DNA of 64,000 nt from Promethearchaeota archaeon (GCA_048940925.1 JBHLOC010000022.1:19442-83441), one strand, 5' to 3'. Positions 49,395 to 59,995 are shown, counted from the stretch's first letter. Numbers and translations are program-made. Notes: generated by a model from the letters alone, not told the origin.

Positions 49395-50180
49395 TTATTG
49401 GGTTGTCCATCCACCATCAATCCTTAGATCAGCTCCAGTGATGTATGATGATTCTTCAGTTGCTAAAAAGAGAATTCCTGCAGCAATTTCTTCAGGTGTC
49501 GCCCATCTTCCCATTACGCCTTCAGATTCAAATTCTTTCTTAATTTCTTCATAAGAAACGCCTCTATCTCTTGCTTGTTTTGCAACATCGCTTTGAAGCA
49601 TTGGAGTGTCTGTAGCGCCCGGACTTACACTATTTACTCGCACATTATAAGGGGCTAAGTCTAAAGCCAATGCTCGCGTATAACCTAAAACTCCTGCTTT
49701 TGTGGAACAATAATTAGCATGAGCAACTTGCCCAATGTGAGCAGCTACTGATGCTAACGTAATTATAGTTCCTGATCTTTGCTTTTTAAAAAAAGGAACA
49801 GCATATTTACATGTATAATGAGTACCTTTTAAATTGACATCAATTAGGAGATCATAATCCTCATCTGGAAAAGTCTCAACTGGTCCAACTCGCACCACTC
49901 CTGCATTGACAATTAAAACATCAATTCTGCCAAATTTTTCCACTGTATAGTTTATCATCTTTTTAACTTCTTCTGAATTTCGTACATCTACTTTCATTAT
50001 AGTTGTTTTATCTTTGCCTTCTTTAAGCATCTTAGAAGTTTCTTTTAAACCATCTTCATCTATATCTGAAAGAACTTGGATTGCTCCTTCTTTTGCAAAT
50101 AACATTGCGGTAGATCTTCCAATTCCAGAAGCAGCCCCAGTTATAACTACAATTTTATCTTTTACTCGAATATTTTTCAC
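49395..50180 (-). CDS. SDR oxidoreductase
   Basis: TGAASGIG, NAG, YCSTK, SPGATDTPM, DGG. Confidence 0.92.
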   Translation of the reverse strand: MKNIRVKDKIVVITGAASGIGRSTAMLFAKEGAIQVLSDIDEDGLKETSKMLKEGKDKTTIMKVDVRNSEEVKKMINYTVEKFGRIDVLIVNAGVVRVGPVETFPDEDYDLLIDVNLKGTHYTCKYAVPFFKKQRSGTIITLASVAAHIGQVAHANYCSTKAGVLGYTRALALDLAPYNVRVNSVSPGATDTPMLQSDVAKQARDRGVSYEEIKKEFESEGVMGRWATPEEIAAGILFLATEESSYITGADLRIDGGWTTQ

Positions 50181-50229
50181 CTCTAACTTGAGAACAAATC
50201 TATAAATTAGTTTATAATTTTTCTTATTT

Positions 50230-51351
50230 ATGGATTTTGTTAGGTATGGGATAATTGGTTCTGGAGCAGCATTTAGATATCATCAACGTGCAGTTAGGAA
50301 TAACCCTAAAATTAAATTTATATCGAATTTTGATACAAATGAACAACTTGGACGTTCAATGGCTAAGAAGTATAATATGGAATATTATAATAACCTAAAT
50401 GAGTTTTTAAAGAGTGAAATAGATGCAGTTATAATTTTAGTTCCTCATTACCTTCATGAAAAGTATGTTATCGCTGCAGCAGAAGCTGATAAACATATTT
50501 TATGTGAAAAACCAATGGCAACAACTTTAGAAGGCTGTGATAAAATGATTAAAACAACTAAGAAAGCAGGAGTAAAATTTATGATTGCTGAAAATCATCG
50601 TTTTTTACCTACTCATAAATATATTATGGAAACAGTGCAATCAGGTATTCTAGGAAAAATTTTTCTAGTCCGTGCTTATGAAGGAGTAAATGAAATTGAA
50701 GGTCTTATGAAAAAGGGATTTTGGAAGGGTCATCCGATTATGGCAGGAGGTGGCTCACTTATGGATATGGGTGCTCACAAATTTGTTACAATGAATTGGA
50801 TTTTAAATGATACAGTGGAATCGGCATATAGTTGGATAACAAAACAATGTACCTCTTTGGATGAAAAAGCAGAAGATAATGCGATGGTTTTCTTAAAATA
50901 TAATAAGGGAACCATTGCAGAAGCAATATTAAGTTTTACTGTTGTCTCTCCTTTTAATAATAGTATGGAAGTATACGGGACTAAAGGTACAATTATTGAG
51001 AATCATGAATGGAAAAAACCAGTAAGATTATATTCTGAGCATGAAAATATGGGAAAAAAGAGGGGTAAATGGTTTGAACCTGAAATTGAGCATGGACCAG
51101 CATTAAGCTATTATATGATTTCAATGGGATATGAGGATGCACATTTTACAGAATGCATTCTTAATGATATAGAGCCTGAATTTACTCCAGAACAAGCAAA
51201 AGAAGCAATTGCAACAGTCTTGTTATCATACTTATCTGTTAAATTAGGAAAATCTGCAACAAAAGAGGATTTGATACATATTTACAAAACAAAAGGTACT
51301 AAAAGCATACTTGAAGGTTTAGAAAAAGTTGTTCAAAATAACTATGAATAA
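50230..51351 (+). CDS. Gfo/Idh/MocA family oxidoreductase (paralogue of 47493..48635)
   Basis: HILCEKPMA, FMIAENHRFLP, GGGSLMDMGAH, PEFTPEQAKEA. Confidence 0.92.
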   Translation: MDFVRYGIIGSGAAFRYHQRAVRNNPKIKFISNFDTNEQLGRSMAKKYNMEYYNNLNEFLKSEIDAVIILVPHYLHEKYVIAAAEADKHILCEKPMATTLEGCDKMIKTTKKAGVKFMIAENHRFLPTHKYIMETVQSGILGKIFLVRAYEGVNEIEGLMKKGFWKGHPIMAGGGSLMDMGAHKFVTMNWILNDTVESAYSWITKQCTSLDEKAEDNAMVFLKYNKGTIAEAILSFTVVSPFNNSMEVYGTKGTIIENHEWKKPVRLYSEHENMGKKRGKWFEPEIEHGPALSYYMISMGYEDAHFTECILNDIEPEFTPEQAKEAIATVLLSYLSVKLGKSATKEDLIHIYKTKGTKSILEGLEKVVQNNYE

Positions 51352-51385
51352 ATCAACAATTTAAAAAAAAGATATAATTTTATGT

Positions 51386-52507
51386 CTACTTACAAAAAAT
51401 TTCTTTATCTAAACTTGAAAGTCTTTCACATCCCGTATCTGTTATTCTATAACAGTCCTCAATTCCTACCAATCCCTGTCCTCTAACAATTTGCCACGCT
51501 TCCACATCTAATACCATATTTTTTTCAATTAGTCCTTCATATGTAGATCCTGGTCCAAAAATATGAGTTTCTTCTGTCTGTAGCCCAATACTATGCCCAA
51601 TGATATTACAACGCCCTCTTCCTATCTGTTTATAAAATTTAACTGCTCTATTATAAAGTTCCTTTGGATTCACTCCAGGTTTAAGATTTTCCAAGCAAAA
51701 TTCTTGCACTTTTATCATATTCTCCATTGCTTGTGCTCCTTTTTCGGGAATATCCCCTAGAACCGCTTCTCTACTAACATCCGAAACATATCCCTTCCAA
51801 ACTGCACCAAAATCAAATCTAATCAATTCACTAGGTTTCACTACAGTTCCCACTCCAGGAGCTTCAGGATCGGAATTACCAATATTCATGGTTAAATGAT
51901 CCCATCCTTCTGCACCTTCAAGAACAATGGTACTTCTAGCAGTTTGAAGTAATTCATAATCTGTGATTCCTTCTTTTACTAATTCAACACAGTTTAAAAT
52001 TGCTTTTTCAGCAATTTCAGTAGATTTTTTGATTCGTTTTATTTCTTCTTCTGACTTCATTAAACGCATTTCTAAAAATGCGTGATCTCCATCAATAAAA
52101 GAGACATTTGTAAATTCTTTTCGTAGATATTCAGATTGATAACGTGGCATTAAGGTTTCAATTCCTATAGTTTTATTTTGCAATTCTAGTGCTTCAATTT
52201 TTTCTCCCAAGATTTTTAAAGCACCTTGAGGTGACCCTATACGTTCATAATCTTTTACCCACGAAAACTTTTCTACGCTATCATATAACATCCAGATTAA
52301 TAGAAATACTTCTCCCTCACTAGTAATTATCGAAAAACTAGGATATTGATTAGATAGCACATATAAAATTGGATTTGGGGCAACATGTAAGGTAGGGATC
52401 CCTGTAGTATAGAAAACATTAACAGGCGTAGTGGCTATCAATGCATCAATATTATTCTTATTTAAAATTTCAATTGCCCTTTGCTTATTATATCCAATTG
52501 GTTCCAT
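51386..52507 (-). CDS. M24 family (Xaa-Pro peptidase/creatinase-like) metallohydrolase
   Basis: R.MKSEEEI, DFG..WKGYVSD..R, GHSIGL, GIED. Confidence 0.85.
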   Translation of the reverse strand: MEPIGYNKQRAIEILNKNNIDALIATTPVNVFYTTGIPTLHVAPNPILYVLSNQYPSFSIITSEGEVFLLIWMLYDSVEKFSWVKDYERIGSPQGALKILGEKIEALELQNKTIGIETLMPRYQSEYLRKEFTNVSFIDGDHAFLEMRLMKSEEEIKRIKKSTEIAEKAILNCVELVKEGITDYELLQTARSTIVLEGAEGWDHLTMNIGNSDPEAPGVGTVVKPSELIRFDFGAVWKGYVSDVSREAVLGDIPEKGAQAMENMIKVQEFCLENLKPGVNPKELYNRAVKFYKQIGRGRCNIIGHSIGLQTEETHIFGPGSTYEGLIEKNMVLDVEAWQIVRGQGLVGIEDCYRITDTGCERLSSLDKEIFCK

Positions 52508-52526
52508 TTTAGATCACACTTCATTT

Positions 52527-52871
52527 TTAGTCAAATTCGTCCATAAAGATTTCTAATCTTTCTAAATCGGACATTGTTCCTTTAGGTTTAAGTGTTCCAT
52601 CCATAAAAGCTTCCATGGGATCAATTTCACCGGTACATATTCCTAAAAACATGTCAGAATTTACTTCTAAGCTCATTTCAGCATTTTCATTAAAACCTTC
52701 TTCTACTCTTGCTTTCATATCTTGGAACACTAATTTTAATTTATAATCTATATCTGGAAACATAAATTGCATTGTTTTATTAAAATCTTCAAATTCTTCA
52801 GCAATTTCTGGATCATCTAATTTTTTAGCCCATTTTTCTAATGCATTTTTTAATTCTTCGGCAGATGCTAT
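52527..52871 (-). CDS. SCP2 sterol/lipid-binding domain protein (probable ATA start)
   Basis: GEIDPMEAFMDGTLKPKG SCP2 motif; frame open 33 codons beyond the listed ATG to an ATA 6 nt after GGTGA, giving 114 aa. Confidence 0.8.
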   Translation of the reverse strand: MASAEELKNALEKWAKKLDDPEIAEEFEDFNKTMQFMFPDIDYKLKLVFQDMKARVEEGFNENAEMSLEVNSDMFLGICTGEIDPMEAFMDGTLKPKGTMSDLERLEIFMDEFD

Positions 52872-52930
52872 AATTTTTCACCTTTTAAAATCTTTTAATT
52901 TACTTTTATTTTATAATCTTACCTATTTTT

Positions 52931-53716
52931 TCATTGGTTTTTAATTTTTTTTATTATCTCTTGTGGATATTTTGCCTTAAACCATGGAAGACTTGAATAG
53001 AAATGAGTAAAAATTCGAATTAAAAATGAAGTTTCATTCTTTTTTACATTAGCTTTATTGAAATAGATTCTTCGAAATGATTCGGCATACTTCCAACCAG
53101 GTAATTTTCTTCCCGCAAATCTAGTTGTGAATCTATAAGGAATCATTGTCCATTTTAAAAGCCAAAATTGAGTTTTATGACACGCAATTAATTTATGAAT
53201 TAGAGCAAAATCATTTTTTTTAAAACCAAAAAAGTAATTAGGATGTAGTGTTGTATAGAAATAGAGAATTGGAGTGAAGTTAAGTAATTTATTATATATG
53301 ACATAAAAAATAGCTCTGCCTGTATTTATATGATCCATGTGATAATACCCCGTATAAAGAGCTTCTGGAGCAAAAATAATATCTGGTTTTTCTTTTAAGA
53401 GATATTTGGTAATTCTCTCAATAAACTCTTTGTTAAATGGTACAAATCCATCAATATAGCCAAGGAAATCAATATTACTAGGAGAAATTCTATGGATTTC
53501 TTCTGCTGCATATAATTCTCTTGTTCTGATTTTTGCCAAGAAATCTCCCTTAAATTTATCATATTGAGCACCTGGAAGACCAAATTCTCCTTTAGTTATA
53601 GAAGCAATCCTTATATTATGCTTTTTTCTACATTTAGTGGCAAGATAATGCATAATATGACCGCATTTATGCTCTAAATCATCAGGATGAGCTTGAAAAA
53701 AGATAATTTTCGCCAT
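52931..53716 (-). CDS. PIG-L/LmbE family deacetylase
   Basis: AHPDD, TKGE.G, R..E and HMDH motifs. Confidence 0.88.
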   Translation of the reverse strand: MAKIIFFQAHPDDLEHKCGHIMHYLATKCRKKHNIRIASITKGEFGLPGAQYDKFKGDFLAKIRTRELYAAEEIHRISPSNIDFLGYIDGFVPFNKEFIERITKYLLKEKPDIIFAPEALYTGYYHMDHINTGRAIFYVIYNKLLNFTPILYFYTTLHPNYFFGFKKNDFALIHKLIACHKTQFWLLKWTMIPYRFTTRFAGRKLPGWKYAESFRRIYFNKANVKKNETSFLIRIFTHFYSSLPWFKAKYPQEIIKKIKNQ

Positions 53717-53738
53717 TATTAATCTTACTCAAAAATTT

Positions 53739-54629
53739 TTATTTAATTTTTTCAATCTGGGCTGATCTTTTTCCTAACAAAAGGGAACTTATTAAAACTA
53801 AAATGATTCCAATAATTAAATAAATTGTTGAGAAAATTGTTGGAGCATTTAACAGAAATATTAAGAAGTAAACACTTATTGGAGTTAACTGAATTGGAAC
53901 TTGTTGTATAGGTATTAAATTACTTGCTTGCCCTTCTCTAAAGGCTTGTTGGATTGTTGTTATACCAATCATGTTAGCAAGGACTAAAATGAATACAGAA
54001 ATGATAAACAATATTACTTCCCCTATATTAGCTGTCCCATTAAGTACTTGCGCGATAACTCCCATCATTGGGCCAACCCAAAAGTTAGAGAGTGAAAACA
54101 TAAAACCAGATAAAATTGCTAAGAGAATGCCCCTGTATTTTTCTATTCTTTTTTGGCAAATCTGAAGGATTAGAGAGAAGCCTACTAAAAGAGCTGTAAA
54201 AATTGTTATTCTAAGGACGAAACCTACTTCAAGCATATTTGTTTCAGCAATATTAATTGCTAATTCGCTAATCCCTAATAAAAAAGTTGCTAGTATCATC
54301 AAAGCAATTCCCACAATTTCAGGTGTTTTTAATTTCTCCCCTACTATTTTAACTGATCCTAAAGCTAAAATAATTAATCCTGATGCCATAAGACCTGGGA
54401 TAAGTGCTGGCCCTATGAATATTTGAGCTATTAAAAAAAAACACGATCCTACTCCCGATCCTAAGATTAAACCTAAAATCCATAGTGGTTTTATTACTAA
54501 ACTTCTCATAAATTTAGGATCATCAGATAATTCATTCACTACTTTTTTTTGTAAAACAGTTCCATAATTATTTACGCACCCAGAGATAATTGCAAAGGAA
54601 ACTCCAAACCAATAGAAAGTAGAAGTCAT
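53739..54629 (-). CDS. DMT-superfamily (NIPA/EamA-like) membrane transporter
   Basis: About 9 TM helices; LQKK, PLWILG, GP.L..GL, GEKL...EI.G. Confidence 0.7.
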   Translation of the reverse strand: MTSTFYWFGVSFAIISGCVNNYGTVLQKKVVNELSDDPKFMRSLVIKPLWILGLILGSGVGSCFFLIAQIFIGPALIPGLMASGLIILALGSVKIVGEKLKTPEIVGIALMILATFLLGISELAINIAETNMLEVGFVLRITIFTALLVGFSLILQICQKRIEKYRGILLAILSGFMFSLSNFWVGPMMGVIAQVLNGTANIGEVILFIISVFILVLANMIGITTIQQAFREGQASNLIPIQQVPIQLTPISVYFLIFLLNAPTIFSTIYLIIGIILVLISSLLLGKRSAQIEKIK

Positions 54630-54816
54630 GTTGTATCAATATTATGTTTTTTTATTACATTGAACTGAATGTTTTATTTTATGTTTTTAACATTTAAAAA
54701 AATTATAATTTTTAATATACCTATAAGAAATTACAGAGTTTAAAACAAAACTAAAGAATTATGAAATCTAAGAGTATTAAATTTCAAGTGGTTTTTATAA
54801 GAAAAACACAATGGAA

Positions 54817-54947
54817 AGCCTTTTGTCATTAAGGAAATTTTGATAGTATACTTTTTTTTTGCTTTTAGTTGAGAGATAATGCATGATATGTCCACAATTG
54901 TGCTCTAAATCATCAGGATGAGCTTGAAAGAATACAATTTTCGCCAT
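54817..54947 (-). pseudogene. frameshifted, truncated PIG-L deacetylase duplicate
   Basis: MAKIVFFQAHPDDLEHNCGHIMHYLSTKSKK then +1 shift in an A9 run, resuming KYTIKISLMTKG; nearly identical to the N-terminus of 52931..53716. Confidence 0.88.
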
Positions 54948-54969
54948 AATATATTGAATTAGGATTTTT

Positions 54970-55860
54970 TCACTTAATTTCTCCTAATTGTGCTGATCTT
55001 TTTCCTAATAGAAATGAGCTTATCATAATTAAAATGATACTCATAATTAAAGTAATTATCGAGAATATATTTGGGGGTACCAATAAAAAAACTAAAAAGT
55101 AGATAAATATCGGTGCAATAAGTATTGGAATGTTCTGAATCGGAATCATTGAACTAGCTTTAGCAACTCGAAAAGAATGTTGAATTGTTACTAATCCAAG
55201 CATATTACTTAAAATTAAGAATACGATTGATATAATGAAAATTATTAACTCGGCTAAATTAAAAATTCCACCTAATATATTTGCTATTACACTCATAAAT
55301 TGGCTTACCCAGAAATTAGCAAGAACAAACATAAAACCTGATAAGATGGCTAATAAAATTCCTTTAAATTTATTATATTTTTTTTGTAAATGTTGACATA
55401 ATAAAGATAATAGAATTATAATACCAGTAAATATGGTTGTTCGTATAGCGAATCCGATTTCTAATAGATTCGTCTCAGTAATATCAATTGATAAACCACT
55501 CATACTTATTAAAAAAGTTCCTAAAATCATTAGGATAATACCTATTATTTCCTCTCTCTTTAACTTTTCACCAACTATCTTAGCTGAACCTAGAGCTAAC
55601 ACAATTAAGCCGAATGCGGTAAGCCCTGGCATTAATGCGGGACCAATAAATAATTGTGCTGATAAATAAAATATAGAGCTAATTCCAAAACTTATGATCA
55701 CTCCTAATATCCATAGAGGTTGTTTGACTAGACTTCTCATAAACTCGGGTTCCTCTGATAAGTCATTTACAACTTTTTTTTGTAAAACAGTACCAAATTG
55801 AGTCAGTGATCCTGCTAATAGTGCTAGAGAAACACCTAACCAATAAAAATCAGCAGACAT
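54970..55860 (-). CDS. DMT-superfamily membrane transporter (tandem paralogue)
   Basis: Same length (296 aa) and colinear with 53739..54629. Confidence 0.7.
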   Translation of the reverse strand: MSADFYWLGVSLALLAGSLTQFGTVLQKKVVNDLSEEPEFMRSLVKQPLWILGVIISFGISSIFYLSAQLFIGPALMPGLTAFGLIVLALGSAKIVGEKLKREEIIGIILMILGTFLISMSGLSIDITETNLLEIGFAIRTTIFTGIIILLSLLCQHLQKKYNKFKGILLAILSGFMFVLANFWVSQFMSVIANILGGIFNLAELIIFIISIVFLILSNMLGLVTIQHSFRVAKASSMIPIQNIPILIAPIFIYFLVFLLVPPNIFSIITLIMSIILIMISSFLLGKRSAQLGEIK

Positions 55861-56007
55861 TTTTATTTAGATTTCTTTTCTAATCATGTATGAATGAATT
55901 AAATTGAATATTGTATTTTATGTTTTTAACTTTTAAATAATTATAAGTTCTAAAATACTTATGAAAATTTGAATAATTTAATATAAATTTGAACAATATT
56001 CAAAAAT

Positions 56008-57501
56008 ATGACGAGTAATGATATCAAAATTCAGGTTGTTTTTATAGGGAAACCACAGTGGGAAGCTGGATGGCCATATTTAGGTTATGATAATCTTAAA
56101 TTAATTAATATGATTAAGGATCATTTAATAGAAAAGTTTTCTACTATTGAGTTTAATTGGGGGGAAATGATTATCACATATGATAAATCTGTAGTTGAAA
56201 CTATTAAAGAAAATATATCTAAAGCGGATGGGATATTAATTTTTACTATAGGGCATTATGGAGACCCTGGAATAGTTCAAGCTGGAATTGAATTTATTGA
56301 AAGTGAAAAACCAGTTATTTTAGCTAATTATATATATGGGGGGGATCATACATTTACCAAAATCTATTCCTTGATTAAAGATAAAGGGCACCAGATCTTT
56401 CCGACATCTTCACAAAATATTGAAGATTTTGATAGATCAATAGATGTTCTTACCAAATTATTACGTTTAAGGGGAAAAAGAGTTTTAGTTTATGCTAGCG
56501 ATGTAATAAAGATGAATTGGGATGTAATATTAGGTTTGTTCAATCCAGAACGTAAAAGAATAGTAAAAGAACATCCAGAATTTCTTGAACAAGTTGAAAA
56601 AATGAGTAGTGATAGAGATTTTGAGTTTTATACAGATACAGCTGGTAAAGATCAAGCACATCAATGGAGAAGGAATGAAATAAAATATAAAGAGAACCTA
56701 CGAGAGATTTTTGGAATAGAAATGATAAGAGAAGATCCAAACGAGATTTTGGAATATTATAAAAAGGTAGATGAAGAGCATGCCAAAAAAGTTGCGGATA
56801 AATGGATTGAAAATGCGTTAAAAGTAGAACCTTCCGAAAAAACGCTATTAAATTCTGCAAAATTATACCTTGCTTTTAAAAAAATTTTAGAGGATAAGGA
56901 AATTGATATTTTTTCACCTGATTGTGGTACATTCTTATTAACAGGAATTTTACCTGCTTATCCTTGTATGGCATATTTTGAATTAAGTAATGAAGGATTA
57001 TATGGCATATGTGAATCAGATATGGATTCAACTGTAAGTTTCCTTTTTGGATTACATATAACTGGGCGACCCGGATTCGTATCAAACCATACTCTTGATA
57101 GCACCAATGATCAAATTACATATATGCACTGTGTAGCGCCAGATAAACTCTATGGAGTTAATGGTCCTTCAACTCCTTATGAAATTGTATATCATGGAGA
57201 AACCCATTATTTAGGTGCTTCTCCCTGTGTTAAATTTCCGATAGGTGAAATTGTAACAACAATAAAGATAAGTGTTTTTGACAAGAAAATCTCTATTAGA
57301 AGCGGTAAAATTATAGATAACATAGTTGATAAAAAGGGATGTGTTTCAAAAATGCTTGTAAAAGATAATGTTCGAAAGATTATTCGAAATTATGATTGGG
57401 AATCTTTCGGATGGCATAGAGTTTCATTTATAGGAGATTGGAGAAATAGTTTTAAAATCGGAGCACAAATTTTAGGATTAGAGATTATAGAAGAAGATTA
57501 A
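56008..57501 (+). CDS. L-fucose/D-arabinose isomerase-like protein
   Basis: YPC.A...L...G...CESD, HC..P and C-terminal GWHRV motifs typical of the FucI/AraA superfamily. Confidence 0.65.
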   Translation: MTSNDIKIQVVFIGKPQWEAGWPYLGYDNLKLINMIKDHLIEKFSTIEFNWGEMIITYDKSVVETIKENISKADGILIFTIGHYGDPGIVQAGIEFIESEKPVILANYIYGGDHTFTKIYSLIKDKGHQIFPTSSQNIEDFDRSIDVLTKLLRLRGKRVLVYASDVIKMNWDVILGLFNPERKRIVKEHPEFLEQVEKMSSDRDFEFYTDTAGKDQAHQWRRNEIKYKENLREIFGIEMIREDPNEILEYYKKVDEEHAKKVADKWIENALKVEPSEKTLLNSAKLYLAFKKILEDKEIDIFSPDCGTFLLTGILPAYPCMAYFELSNEGLYGICESDMDSTVSFLFGLHITGRPGFVSNHTLDSTNDQITYMHCVAPDKLYGVNGPSTPYEIVYHGETHYLGASPCVKFPIGEIVTTIKISVFDKKISIRSGKIIDNIVDKKGCVSKMLVKDNVRKIIRNYDWESFGWHRVSFIGDWRNSFKIGAQILGLEIIEED

Positions 57502-57584
57502 TAATTAAATGTTTATAGGAGAACTTAATTATTAATTTCAATTAATTTAAAACCAATATATAAATTATTCAAGAGAGTGAAATT

Positions 57585-58970
57585 ATGAATATTATAAAGG
57601 ACAGAAAAAAAAATGATGATGATAAGGTACATTCTAGACTAGGCCATCTTTTTTATTCTCTAGGAGCTGTACCTTCAGCTCTTCCTTATAATATGATTTC
57701 TGCCTCGTTTGTATTTTTTTATGTAACTGTAAAACATCTTGATCTTGGCCTTTCAGGTTTAGTTTGGCTAATATATGGAATTTGGAATGCAATTAATGAT
57801 CCTTTAATCGGGTTTTACATGGATAAGAAGAAAACTAGGTGGGGGCGTCGCATTCCGTATATAGTTGTTGGTACGATTCCGCTTACTATTGGATTTGTAT
57901 TTTTATGGTGGGTGCCTTACTCAAGTTCAGATCAAATTTTTATTTTTCTCCATGCATTACTTATGTTATTCATATTTGATCTTGGCTTTACGCTCTGTAT
58001 GACAGGTTGGTCTGCATTATATACTGAAATGTACGAAACAGAAAAAGAAAGAGCAACAGTGGTAGCATTGAAAGATGGAATTGCGTTTATTTCATCATTT
58101 ATTGGAATAATGTTGCCCCCAATGATTGCTGATGCCTTAGGATGGGAAGTTGCAGGAATTTTAATTGGAATAACAATCCCAATAACAATGTATCTTTCTC
58201 TTCTTGGGTCAAAGGAAAAACAAGAATATCAAATTGATGAACCTTTACCTATTTTTACAGCAATTAAAGAGACACTTAAAAATAAACCCTTTATAATAAT
58301 ATCCATAACTTATACATTGATTGACTTTTGTTTTGGATTAACTATAATGATACTTCCGTTATATGCAAAGTTTGTTCTTGAAGTGGATGAGGGACTAGTA
58401 GGCATTACGGTAGCAGGAATAGCAATAGGAATTATAATAAGTATACCATTATGGAGATATATTTATGCTAAAAGGGGTCCAAAATATGGGTTATTTCTTG
58501 CTATGATAATTTTTTCTTTAGGAATATGGCCATTATTTCTTATAGAGAACTTTATTATTCTAATACTAATTACAATTTTTCCTGGCCTCGGAGCTGGTGG
58601 TATGCTTATGACTGAACCAGCTGTGAGCGCTGCGATAGATTATGACGAGTTAACAACTAAAAAAAGACGTGAAGCATCTTATAATGGTATTTTAACGTTC
58701 ATTGCGAGATTATCTTTAGTTTTGTCTGGGATCACTTTAATAATTGTTGGAATTCTAACCGGATTTGATTCAGAAGCAGAGACACAACCATCAACAGCAC
58801 TTTTTGGCTTAAAAGCATTAGTAGGGTTTGTACCCCTACTTGGTGGTGTACTAGGAATTCTTGTTTTTAAATTCTTTCCTATTAATTATAAAGCCTTCAT
58901 TAAACAACAAAAGCAATTAGAGATTTTACACGAAGAGAGGATACAAAAATTAGAAAGAGAAAATATATAA
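57585..58970 (+). CDS. MFS glycoside-pentoside-hexuronide:cation symporter
   Basis: WNAINDPLIG..MD...TRWGRRIPY, IDYDE.....RRE..Y.G. Confidence 0.9.
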   Translation: MNIIKDRKKNDDDKVHSRLGHLFYSLGAVPSALPYNMISASFVFFYVTVKHLDLGLSGLVWLIYGIWNAINDPLIGFYMDKKKTRWGRRIPYIVVGTIPLTIGFVFLWWVPYSSSDQIFIFLHALLMLFIFDLGFTLCMTGWSALYTEMYETEKERATVVALKDGIAFISSFIGIMLPPMIADALGWEVAGILIGITIPITMYLSLLGSKEKQEYQIDEPLPIFTAIKETLKNKPFIIISITYTLIDFCFGLTIMILPLYAKFVLEVDEGLVGITVAGIAIGIIISIPLWRYIYAKRGPKYGLFLAMIIFSLGIWPLFLIENFIILILITIFPGLGAGGMLMTEPAVSAAIDYDELTTKKRREASYNGILTFIARLSLVLSGITLIIVGILTGFDSEAETQPSTALFGLKALVGFVPLLGGVLGILVFKFFPINYKAFIKQQKQLEILHEERIQKLERENI

Positions 58971-58982
58971 ATTTTTAAGCAC

Positions 58983-59960
58983 ATGTCTATTGAAGGGATA
59001 GAAGAAGCCTATTTTAGAATACAGAAAATAGCTAATAAAACTCCAGTATTAACTTCTCGTACTTTAAACAAATTAATTAATACTTCAGTATTTCTCAAAT
59101 GTGAGAATTTTCAGAGAATGGGAGCTTTTAAATTTAGAGGGGCTTATAATGCTTTAAGTCTACTTACACCTGAAGAAAGAAAAAGCGGTGTTATTACTCA
59201 TTCGAGTGGAAACCATGCTCAGGCTGTTGCACTTGCTGCATCATTATTAGGTATTAAGGCAACGATTGTTATGCCGAAAGGAGCTCCACAAATTAAAATA
59301 AATGCTACTAAGGAATATGGAGCCAAGATTATTTTATGCGAAAACACTCTGGAATCAAGGATTGAAAAAACTAACAAACTTATAGCAGAATATAAATACA
59401 TATTAATTCACCCTTTTGATAATGACAACGTTATAAATGGTGCTGGAACCGCTGCTTTTGAATTAATAAAGGAGATTGGAGAACTTGACATCCTTATCAC
59501 TCCTCTTGGTGGTGGCGGTTTATTAAGTGGATCTGCTATTGCAACAAAAAATTTATGTGAAAATGCTCAAGTTTTTGGTGTAGAACCTCAACTCGCTGAC
59601 GATGCATATAGATCAGTTCAAGCAGGATATATTATACCAAGTACTTACCCTAATACAATTGCAGATGGATTACGTACTTCCTTGAGTGAACGTACCTTCA
59701 AAATTATTATGAAATATGTTGATGGAATTCTAACTGTTTCTGAATTAGAAATACTTAAAGCAATGCGATTTCTATGGGAAAGAATGAAAATAATTGTAGA
59801 ACCTTCTGGAGCTGTACCTTTAGCAGCTTTATTTTCAGAAGATTTAGATGTAAAGAATAAGAAAATAGGCCTAATAATTAGCGGTGGAAATATCGATCTT
59901 ACTCAATTTTTTCAACAAATAAAAAAACGTGTAAAAGATACACAAGATTATATTAAATAA
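58983..59960 (+). CDS. PLP-dependent serine/threonine dehydratase / serine racemase family
   Basis: KCENFQRMGAFKFRGA, SSGNHAQ, GGGGLLSG, TIADG, VEPSGA, SGGN; no ACT domain. Confidence 0.92.
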   Translation: MSIEGIEEAYFRIQKIANKTPVLTSRTLNKLINTSVFLKCENFQRMGAFKFRGAYNALSLLTPEERKSGVITHSSGNHAQAVALAASLLGIKATIVMPKGAPQIKINATKEYGAKIILCENTLESRIEKTNKLIAEYKYILIHPFDNDNVINGAGTAAFELIKEIGELDILITPLGGGGLLSGSAIATKNLCENAQVFGVEPQLADDAYRSVQAGYIIPSTYPNTIADGLRTSLSERTFKIIMKYVDGILTVSELEILKAMRFLWERMKIIVEPSGAVPLAALFSEDLDVKNKKIGLIISGGNIDLTQFFQQIKKRVKDTQDYIK

Positions 59961-59995
59961 AGTGATAAAAAAAGATATATTTTGAAAGTTTATTT

